A DNA stretch of 64,000 nt, taken from Candidatus Latescibacterota bacterium. GTDB lineage: Bacteria; Latescibacterota; CBDEFO01. Positions 1 through 7,537 of the stretch are shown piece by piece. Where the stretch lies: assembly GCA_965237525.1 (NCBI GenBank), contig CBDEFO010000008.1:640001-704000 (forward strand), in the 5' to 3' direction. Numbering within the stretch: the stretch's first letter is position 1; every line of letters starts with the position of its first letter. The translations under genes were made by a program, and so were the position numbers. The notes under the pieces were generated by a model. It made no database searches. It was not told where the DNA came from and saw only the letters and a program-made list of their open reading frames with translations.

Positions 1-1
1 C

Positions 2-949
2 TCCTTCTTGAATTCTCCCAACGATCCTCTCGACAGAGCAAGAGGCCCTGCAGATATACATCCCAACGGAGCATCGTTATTCTGCCACTATCTGTCCGAA
101 AGGGAAGAAGGCGGCGAAGACTCTATCAGGAGGACCTGGGAGGAGCTCGCTGAAGCCCGTAGGATGACCTTTTCAGCTTTTGAGAGGTCAATCCCTGGAG
201 GACTGGCGGATGCCCTGTCAGAATTTGCCGTGTGGAACTTCTTTACCGGCTCAAGGGCAAAGCCCGGCCTGTTCTATTCCGAAGGAGCATTCTATCCGGA
301 GGTGTCTGCGGACGATATAGTAATAGAATTGAGCAAAAAAGTGGCGGCAGATTCCAGATCCTGCCAAAGACTCGGATCCGATTACGTCATTGTTCTACCC
401 AGAAGGGGATCTGGTTCTGCATCAATCTCCTTCCAGGGGGATCAGAGCGCAAAATGGAAACATAAGGTAATCCTGCTTAACGAACAAACTGAAGTCCAGG
501 TATTAGACCTCACCGAGAGAGTGGGGACAGTGACAGGATGGGGATCTTACGAACAGGTCGCTCTGGTATCCACAGCCACAGCTACAACGGGCGGACCTTT
601 TTCTTACTCCTATGAAGTTCTTTTGGATTCTATGGCAGTAGAAATCTCCGGCCCCATTTTAGGGCAGAGCTACCCTTCTCCTTTCCTTTCTGACGGGACC
701 AAGAAAGTTACCATGCCCGTGAACCTCAACGAATCCCAGAGACTAAGCGCTCAAATATCCATATTCACATTTTCAGGGGAACTGGTCAAAAGGCTGACGC
801 TGGAAAATCCCGACTCTCCGGACAAATTCTGCTGGGACGGAAGAAACCAAAACAATGAACTTGTGGGATCTGGATTTTACATATATCAACTGGACGGAGA
901 GGGCATAATAGAAAGACGTAAGCTGGCGGTGATAAGGGAGAATCTATGA
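2..949 (+). CDS. C-terminal part of a secreted protein (possibly MXAN_6640-type metalloprotease) with C-terminal FlgD Ig-like domain; 5' end outside window
   Basis: Frame open from the window edge; C-terminus 'SYPSPF...IFTFSGELVK...WDGRNQNNELVGSGFYIY' is the FlgD-Ig/secretion-type CTD pattern. Confidence 0.65.
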   Translation, partial: SFLNSPNDPLDRARGPADIHPNGASLFCHYLSEREEGGEDSIRRTWEELAEARRMTFSAFERSIPGGLADALSEFAVWNFFTGSRAKPGLFYSEGAFYPEVSADDIVIELSKKVAADSRSCQRLGSDYVIVLPRRGSGSASISFQGDQSAKWKHKVILLNEQTEVQVLDLTERVGTVTGWGSYEQVALVSTATATTGGPFSYSYEVLLDSMAVEISGPILGQSYPSPFLSDGTKKVTMPVNLNESQRLSAQISIFTFSGELVKRLTLENPDSPDKFCWDGRNQNNELVGSGFYIYQLDGEGIIERRKLAVIRENL

Positions 950-2271
950 GCTTGTTAGGGTCTATGGTGCTTGTACTGGTCTCCTGGGGGCTATGCTACC
1001 CCGAATCGGAAAAGATGGACAGCTCCACCACATTGGTTAATCCTCCCTTCAAACATACCCTGGGCATCAACAGAGTCAACCAAGCCATGCTTATCCTTCT
1101 GGCGGGAAGCGAGGCGGCGATTGACAACCCGGAGGGCATAGCCGCTGTGAAACTTTCCGCCTTTGACGATCCTTCCACAGAGAAGGACGACGACGAAGTT
1201 ACGGTCTATGGAGTGAACTCTGGCAAAGGAAATATTATCTACAGCACATCCATATGGACTTTAGACGTATTTGGAGAAAAAGGAAGGGCAGACGGACAGT
1301 TTCTGAATCCCTCCGGAATCGCAGCCGATAGAGTGGGCAACGTATATGTAGCCGATACAGGCAACCACAGGGTCGTCCACCTTTTAAATTCAGGGGGGAA
1401 ATTAAAGTTCATAGCGAACATAGATCCAGGCGGAACGTCTGCTGCGGGGGGATTCGACAGCCCCAAAGACGTCGCATTGGGAGACGGCGAAATATTCGTC
1501 ACAGACTACAAAAAGAGCGTAATTCAAGTATTCGATGCGGACCATAAACTTAAAAGAACGATAGAAAATATCCCCCTCCCTCTGGGAATAGCGGCCAACG
1601 GCCCAAAAGAAAAATGGTCTTACAGAAAACAAAAAGCAATATACGTTATAGTCGAACATGGGAAGGGCATTATGAAATTGGACTTCTGCGGAAACCTCCT
1701 GTCCCAGGTCGATATAGAGAATACAGGTTTCCAAGACGGAAAACTTCTCTATCTGGCGCTGGACTACTACGACAACGTATATGCAACAGACCAGACAAGC
1801 AGTTGCGTCCACAAATTCGATAGAGACTTGAACTATATAACCTCCTTCAGCAGGAGGACAAGCGACGGAAAACTCATCTCGCCCAGGGGAATTGCTATCT
1901 CTCGCCAGTTGGGACAAGTCTTCGTCGTGGACCCAGATGGAGTCAGCTACTACTGGATCGGCACAGACTTCAAGAGTATTGATGTGAGCTTTTTGGAAAC
2001 CGAAGCTCGGGGCGAAGTCAAGATATCCCTCGTTCCCACAGAGAGATCATTTGTAAATGTGAATATATTTAGGGGCGAGGATCAAGTAAGAGGGCTCGCA
2101 GCCAAAAGCATAGTGGAAATTCTTGGACGCACCTTTATCTGGGATCTAAAAGACGAGGGTGGAAAGCCCGCACCTCCGGGAGAATACACCGTGGAGATCG
2201 GAGCTCGCTCTACCTACTCCTCCTACAAACACTTTGAAAAGAAAGTCCAAAGGGCTGTAAAAGTAAGATAA
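946..2271 (+). CDS. NHL-repeat beta-propeller secreted protein with C-terminal FlgD-Ig-like domain
   Basis: Signal peptide; NHL repeats 'GQFLNPSGIAADRVGNVYVADTGNHRV', 'FDSPKDVAL', 'SPRGIAI'; 'WDLKDEGGKPAPPGEY'; ATGA overlap with upstream stop. Confidence 0.8.
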   Translation: MSLLGSMVLVLVSWGLCYPESEKMDSSTTLVNPPFKHTLGINRVNQAMLILLAGSEAAIDNPEGIAAVKLSAFDDPSTEKDDDEVTVYGVNSGKGNIIYSTSIWTLDVFGEKGRADGQFLNPSGIAADRVGNVYVADTGNHRVVHLLNSGGKLKFIANIDPGGTSAAGGFDSPKDVALGDGEIFVTDYKKSVIQVFDADHKLKRTIENIPLPLGIAANGPKEKWSYRKQKAIYVIVEHGKGIMKLDFCGNLLSQVDIENTGFQDGKLLYLALDYYDNVYATDQTSSCVHKFDRDLNYITSFSRRTSDGKLISPRGIAISRQLGQVFVVDPDGVSYYWIGTDFKSIDVSFLETEARGEVKISLVPTERSFVNVNIFRGEDQVRGLAAKSIVEILGRTFIWDLKDEGGKPAPPGEYTVEIGARSTYSSYKHFEKKVQRAVKVR

Positions 2272-2287
2272 CCCACAGATTGAACTG

Positions 2288-3196
2288 ATGAAAAAGTTGG
2301 CCAAGACATTTGTGATAACAGCCTTGACGTTCATCCTATACGCCGATATTCTCCATAGCAAAGAGACAAACGGACTCGTCATTTTGATAACAGACTTCGG
2401 GACGAAAGATTTCTACGTCGGAGCCGTCAAGGGAGTCATATACTCGATCTACCCCGAGGTGAGGATAGACGATATCTCGCACAACGTCTCCTCCTTCGAG
2501 GTCGCCGAAGGAGCTTACACCCTCCAGAAAGCCGCAGCCGAGTTCCCAAAGGGAACAGTCTTCGTCGCCGTAGTGGATCCGGGTGTGGGAACCGAAAGGA
2601 AGCCTGTGGCCTTAAAGACCAAAGACGGAAAGTTCTTTGTAGGGCCTGACAACGGTCTCTTCAGTGTGGTGATGGATAGCTTGGGAATCGATGTCATATA
2701 CGAAATCTCCAACCCCCACGTAATGCGTAAAGGCAGACTATCCAGCACATTTCACGGGAAAGACATCTTCGGCCCCTGCGCCGCTCATCTGGCTTCGGGA
2801 TTCCCTATAGAGCTTGTGGGGCCTGTGCTTAAAGATTATGTCAGACTGAAAGCTCGTTCTCCTGTAGTGCAGAAGGATACGATCATAGGCAACGTAGTAA
2901 CGATAGACAAATACGGAAACGTGATTACAAACGTGCAGGAGGAACTGCTAAGAAAGATCGAAATTGGAAGAGGTGACCTTGTAATACTTAAGATCAAAGA
3001 TGTAGAAATGAGAGCCAAATACGTGAAGGCTTACGCAGATGTCCCTACAGGAGAATATCTTTGTCTGATCGGAAGTACAGGCGCCTTTGAGGTGGCGATC
3101 AACATGGGGAATTTGGCCCAAAAGATCGGGGTCAAAAGAGGGGATAGCATAAGCATAAGAAAGATCCTACAGACGAAAAGAGGTGAAAAGCTATAA
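2288..3196 (+). CDS. SAM hydroxide adenosyltransferase / chlorinase-fluorinase family (DUF62), with N-terminal signal-like extension
   Basis: Motifs 'ITDFG', 'VAVVDPGVGTER', 'GPDNG', 'STFHGKDIF', 'IDKYGN'. Confidence 0.9.
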   Translation: MKKLAKTFVITALTFILYADILHSKETNGLVILITDFGTKDFYVGAVKGVIYSIYPEVRIDDISHNVSSFEVAEGAYTLQKAAAEFPKGTVFVAVVDPGVGTERKPVALKTKDGKFFVGPDNGLFSVVMDSLGIDVIYEISNPHVMRKGRLSSTFHGKDIFGPCAAHLASGFPIELVGPVLKDYVRLKARSPVVQKDTIIGNVVTIDKYGNVITNVQEELLRKIEIGRGDLVILKIKDVEMRAKYVKAYADVPTGEYLCLIGSTGAFEVAINMGNLAQKIGVKRGDSISIRKILQTKRGEKL

Positions 3197-3882
3197 GTTC
3201 AACTCTTATCGCCTTTGTCAAAGAACCTGTTCCCGGGCAGGTCAAGACCCGACTTACCCCGCTTTTGGACCCTCACAACGCCGCAAAGCTGTACAGAGCT
3301 TTCCTTCTCGATCTACCGAATCTTTTTGAGTCCACAAGATGTGACCATAAGGTGATAGCTTATTCCCCCGCGCATGCCCAGGCGACGATAAAATCTATCA
3401 TAAAAGGCGCATTCAGCTTTCGGCCTCAATATGGGAAGAGTTTAGGCGAAAGACTGATCGAAGCGTTCAAATGGGTATTTGAAAAGGGAGGATCCAAGGC
3501 CGTCATAATCGGGTCAGACAGCCCAGATCTTCCTGCCGATTATATAAATTTATCCTTTGAAGCGCTTGATGATAACTCCGTTGTGTTAGGTCCCTGCACA
3601 GATGGCGGATACTATCTTGTCGGGCTAAAAGAGGAGTTCCCGAAAATGTTTACGGACATAGAGTTGGGAACGGATAAAGTTCTAAATGAAACGCTGACGA
3701 CAATCCGGACAGAGGGGAAAAGCCTCCATCTTCTGCCGCCATGGTATGACGTGGACACGCCTGATGAATTGGAGTTCTTAAAGACACATTTAACAGGGCT
3801 GGTCTTGGCGGGCAAAGACATAATCTGCAAGGAGACGTTGAAGATCTTGGAGGAGACAAATTTAGCAGACAGCAAACAGTAG
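3193..3882 (+). CDS. TIGR04282/DUF2064 family glycosyltransferase-like protein; true N-terminus lies upstream of the ORF-track start
   Basis: In-frame upstream 'LIAFVKEPVPGQVKTRL'; 'IGSDSPDL', 'VLGPCTDGGYYLVG', 'WYDVDT'; only start-like codon after the in-frame TGA (3184) and before the motif is ATA at 3193. Confidence 0.8.
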   Translation: MSSTLIAFVKEPVPGQVKTRLTPLLDPHNAAKLYRAFLLDLPNLFESTRCDHKVIAYSPAHAQATIKSIIKGAFSFRPQYGKSLGERLIEAFKWVFEKGGSKAVIIGSDSPDLPADYINLSFEALDDNSVVLGPCTDGGYYLVGLKEEFPKMFTDIELGTDKVLNETLTTIRTEGKSLHLLPPWYDVDTPDELEFLKTHLTGLVLAGKDIICKETLKILEETNLADSKQ

Positions 3883-4097
3883 ACAGCGTACAGGGACTCT
3901 CCCCGGTGCGCTTCGTCAACTATCTACGACCTTGCTTGGCTTGGCTGGAAATGACATCTGCTGAGAACTTTGGTCATTCCGAGGTGTCAATGCCCCGACC
4001 CCGTCAGGAGCTGTGACCTCGAAGAAGACGCGAAGCTGAATAAGAGGCAATCTCCATTAGAAGGCCTTTCCCTGTGTGCTATGTCTGCCTTCAGCAG

Positions 4098-4427
4098 CTA
4101 TTCCCCCTGTTCCTTCATCTCCTTTTCCATCTTCTCCTGTCTGACTGCTGACAGATGCTCCTCCTTTTCCTTTAACTCCGTCTCGAGCTCCTTGATAGTC
4201 TCTATGAGCCTGGTTACCTCTTCGTCCTTCTCGATGTTCGACTTTCCCTCTTGGATGAGCCGATATACGGTGATCCCTAACTCGGTTTGCGTCCCTTTTA
4301 TCCTGTTTTTGACGTTAGCCACGTTGAGTCTGGCCTTGCTCACTCTTGTCAGATCCTCGGTGGTCTCCACGATTGTAGAAACCCCCTCGCTGACGGTCTT
4401 TTTTACCTTATCCCAAACTCCTGCCAT
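4098..4427 (-). CDS. Small helical/coiled-coil hypothetical protein
   Basis: 109-aa ORF 7 nt downstream of the BMC gene, with GAGG-type RBS; amphipathic N-terminus and charged C-terminal coiled coil. Confidence 0.7.
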   Translation of the reverse strand: MAGVWDKVKKTVSEGVSTIVETTEDLTRVSKARLNVANVKNRIKGTQTELGITVYRLIQEGKSNIEKDEEVTRLIETIKELETELKEKEEHLSAVRQEKMEKEMKEQGE

Positions 4428-4434
4428 TTTTGGT

Positions 4435-4917
4435 TCACCTCTTTTCTCTGGCTTTTCTGATCTCCCCAGTTAACTTCTCTTTGTTGGCTGATGAAATCTG
4501 CCTCCCCTTTATACTCAATCCTTGGATGCCGCGGGCCAATCTTCTGAGTTGCACAACCGTCATAGAATCCAGATCGTTAGAAGGGACGTCACCGACTTTG
4601 GAGGGATCCTCTACTCCTGCCTCAGCCCTTTCCCTTGAAATGTCCCTCAGACCAAGCACATTTATGAGATCGCCATAGGGTCTGGGTATAACGTGCATGC
4701 TTACAAGCTCGCCCACTTCTTTGACGGCCTCTCCGCCTGCACTCACCGCAGCCTGCACAGAACCCACATCGCCTATGATACTTATCATAACCAGTCCCCC
4801 TGTGGTCAGTTTGTAAGAGACTACTTCTACGTTCGCGGCCTTAGCAGCCGCATCGGCAGCCTCCACAACACCCACAAATCCCTTAGTCTCTATAAGTCCT
4901 AGTGCCTTTTCTTCCAT
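4435..4917 (-). CDS. Bacterial microcompartment shell protein (BMC-H) with C-terminal helical extension
   Basis: 'ALGLIETKGFVGVVEAADAAAKAANVE...GDVGSVQAAV...HVIPRP' is the Pfam BMC pattern; likely start ATG at 4917. Confidence 0.9.
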   Translation of the reverse strand: MEEKALGLIETKGFVGVVEAADAAAKAANVEVVSYKLTTGGLVMISIIGDVGSVQAAVSAGGEAVKEVGELVSMHVIPRPYGDLINVLGLRDISRERAEAGVEDPSKVGDVPSNDLDSMTVVQLRRLARGIQGLSIKGRQISSANKEKLTGEIRKAREKR

Positions 4918-5118
4918 ATTAGGGCTCCGCATGAGGGCTCCACTTAGGGCTCCGCCAATTCTAAGTTAAGCCGACAGGACATCTCCCATCCCTTAAGATT
5001 TCTTCGCTGACCCTTCGCTTCGCTCTGGGCTTCCCCTGACCACCGATAGAGTCAATCGGGGACTCGCAATGACACCCTTTGACTTGACCCTCAGTCGTTG
5101 CAAGGGGTGGAACCCCGA

Positions 5119-5150
5119 CCCCGAAGGAGACGCGAAGCGGAACCAATCTC
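5119..5150. repeat. Dispersed 32-bp repeat, REP/MITE-like; inverted copy at 22599-22630
   Basis: CCCCGAAGGAGACGCGAAGCGGAACCAATCTC is the exact reverse complement of 22599-22630; CTCGCAATGACA lies near both; degenerate copy at ~4020-4055. Confidence 0.85.
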
Positions 5151-5170
5151 ATCTGTCTACTTAGATCCGT

Positions 5171-6187
5171 TTAATCCGCGAAATGCCGGTATCCTGAGCT
5201 CTCCAATTTCTCTTTTTTTCCATCGCCGTAGACAATATGGATCCCCTCTTTTGGATCTGTGATATTGCCTATAACTGACATGGGAGTTCCTGTCCTCTCC
5301 TGGAGAGAATATTTTACTTTCTGGACATCCGATTCCCCGAGCGTAAAGAGGAGCTCAAAGTCCTCGCCACCCGACAGGGCGTATTCCATACCAGTAGAAG
5401 AATCTTGGGCCGCCACTTGACGGGTGGCGCTATGTATCGGAACTTTATCGGAGAATATCTGCGCCCCTTTGTTGCTCTCTCTGCATATATGATTCATCTC
5501 CGACGACAGCCCGTCGCTTATGTCTATCGCAGCATGGATCGGAGCGACATCTCCCATAGCAAAAGCTTCTGAAATTCTGGGATAAGGTCGGCGATATCTT
5601 TCTTTTAAATAATCTAAATCTGCAGAGTCAAGATTAAAATTTGCGGTTCCAGATAGAAGTTCCAATCCGGCTTTGGAACCCCCTAATGCACCCGTCAGGC
5701 AGATTGCGTCACCGATCTGAGCGACGCTTCGAAGAGTCAACCTTTCTTTATTCGTCCTCCCCAAGACTGAAATCGAAATTACAGCCGAATCTGGAGACGA
5801 TGTAGTATCTCCGCCGATTATGGGACATCCGAACTCCGATCCGACCCGGTCCATCCCACTGTAGAGAGCCTCAACGTCCCCGACGTCCATCTTCTTTGAA
5901 AGGCAAAGGGAGACCAAGGCGCAGACCGGCTCACCTCCCATGGCCGCTATGTCGCTCACGTTAGCGGCCATCGCCCTCCATCCGACATCGCAAAAGGGCA
6001 TGTGCTCCCTTTTGAAGTGCACTCCTTCTACTAAAGTGTCGGACGCAAATAGCAAGAGATTTCCATCCTCTGCCTCTAAAACAGCAGTATCATCTCCAAT
6101 GCCAATTATAACGAATTTTTGGGGTGTTGTCACGCATTTTTTTATTCTGTCTATAAGGCCAAACTCTCCCAAATCTGTTATATTCAT
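5171..6187 (-). CDS. thiL: Thiamine-monophosphate kinase
   Basis: 'LGEFGLID', 'GIGDDTAV', 'NVSDIAAMGGEP', 'IIGGDT', 'IDISDGL', 'GGEDFELLFT'. Confidence 0.97.
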   Translation of the reverse strand: MNITDLGEFGLIDRIKKCVTTPQKFVIIGIGDDTAVLEAEDGNLLLFASDTLVEGVHFKREHMPFCDVGWRAMAANVSDIAAMGGEPVCALVSLCLSKKMDVGDVEALYSGMDRVGSEFGCPIIGGDTTSSPDSAVISISVLGRTNKERLTLRSVAQIGDAICLTGALGGSKAGLELLSGTANFNLDSADLDYLKERYRRPYPRISEAFAMGDVAPIHAAIDISDGLSSEMNHICRESNKGAQIFSDKVPIHSATRQVAAQDSSTGMEYALSGGEDFELLFTLGESDVQKVKYSLQERTGTPMSVIGNITDPKEGIHIVYGDGKKEKLESSGYRHFAD

Positions 6188-6192
6188 AGCCG

Positions 6193-7281
6193 CTACCTCT
6201 CGTACTCCCTGTCCAACTTTATCTTATAGTCCTCCGTCAGAATATTTTCCCCCTTATACAGCGCGTTAATGTTTGTCTCCTGCCTCTTCATATAAGGATA
6301 CGGGAGCATGCCCACCAGATAGATCGGATAGAGAATTGCAAAAAACCCTAAGAAAAAGTCCTGGAAAGAGTGCAAAAAGCGGACATTCCCGTATTCAGCA
6401 TAGAAATCAGCAAGTGGATCTAAGAGTCCAAGCGATATATCTCCGCTATTTCCGACCATCTTCAGGAAATCCTGTAAATATAAGACCCCCGCTATGCCCG
6501 CTACCATGCTCGTCCACCCCACAAGTCGCACCCTCCTTTTGATCTTGCGTATCTTGCCGTGGTTTTCCCTGTAGAACCTCTCCAGATAGTCTCTCAGCCA
6601 ACCACACCTGTGATTCATCCTGAAGTATTCTACGTAATCATCAAGGAACAGCCCACTTTTTTCTATCTCCTCTATGGCCGTTCCTTTCACCAAATTTATG
6701 ATGTATCCCAACTGCGAAGCCCTGTTCATCTTTGAAACTGATCTTAGCCTCTTTCTATCCGACAGAAAGTCCTGACAGCAAGCGTCCAAGGAGAAGAATA
6801 TCTCCTCAATTCGCTCTATGCGCTCCCCAAGTTCCTCCAAGTCCCAAGCGCCTTCTTGCTTAAAGAGATCCAAAAAGAGTCTGAGCTTCGCATCTAAGGA
6901 GCAGAGCTTTACATCGTCCTCCCGATGCCTGCGCTCAGACCAATCGAGGCAATCTATATGGAGGCCGTCTATCTGGTACTCTGACGTGCTCTTTATAAGG
7001 GACGCCAGAGACGAAAACGACTCCGACTTTAGAGCCATGTCCAATACGACATCTACCTTATTCCGTCCGGTGATAACCCCAGACAGACCCAGCTTCTGCC
7101 TTATGACCTCCAAAAAAGTGGAGAAGTACTTTTCCGCTATCAGCACATACCTGTAGTGGAGGGAATCTATGAAATGCGACAGCGCATCTTTTAGAAGCTC
7201 CTCCTGCTGTACTTCATATTCCCTTAGCCCCTCTGCACCTGAAGTCTGAAGGAGATCCTCTAATAGCTTTTTTCTATCCAT
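6193..7281 (-). CDS. Hypothetical membrane protein (helical N-terminal region, two C-terminal TM helices)
   Basis: 362-aa ORF; hydrophobic segments 'LVGWTSMVAGIAGVLYL' and 'FFLGFFAILYPIYLVGMLPY'; overlaps upstream gene and ends 5 nt before thiL. Confidence 0.75.
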   Translation of the reverse strand: MDRKKLLEDLLQTSGAEGLREYEVQQEELLKDALSHFIDSLHYRYVLIAEKYFSTFLEVIRQKLGLSGVITGRNKVDVVLDMALKSESFSSLASLIKSTSEYQIDGLHIDCLDWSERRHREDDVKLCSLDAKLRLFLDLFKQEGAWDLEELGERIERIEEIFFSLDACCQDFLSDRKRLRSVSKMNRASQLGYIINLVKGTAIEEIEKSGLFLDDYVEYFRMNHRCGWLRDYLERFYRENHGKIRKIKRRVRLVGWTSMVAGIAGVLYLQDFLKMVGNSGDISLGLLDPLADFYAEYGNVRFLHSFQDFFLGFFAILYPIYLVGMLPYPYMKRQETNINALYKGENILTEDYKIKLDREYER

Positions 7282-7535
7282 TCTCCTTCTCCTGTTTCCT
7301 CTTTAATAGACATATCCAACAGGGCGTTGAGGTAGTTTCTTGTCACTATGCTGTACGCCTCCTCGACATCCAGGTCTCTTTCTGCTCTATCTGATAAGTG
7401 AGCCCTTCGTATCGAAGCGATTCTCCAGTTGACCGAATCTATCAACTCCGATAGCGGTTCGTAATCTTCCCCGTCCTCTCCCTGCTGCAGTGGACGCTCC
7501 GCCTTCATTAAGTCTACCACCACCTCGTTCCACAT
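7260..7535 (-). CDS. Small acidic hypothetical protein
   Basis: 91-aa ORF that fills the gap between two co-oriented genes (2-nt gap and 22-nt overlap). Confidence 0.6.
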   Translation of the reverse strand: MWNEVVVDLMKAERPLQQGEDGEDYEPLSELIDSVNWRIASIRRAHLSDRAERDLDVEEAYSIVTRNYLNALLDMSIKEETGEGEWIEKSY

Positions 7536-7537
7536 AT

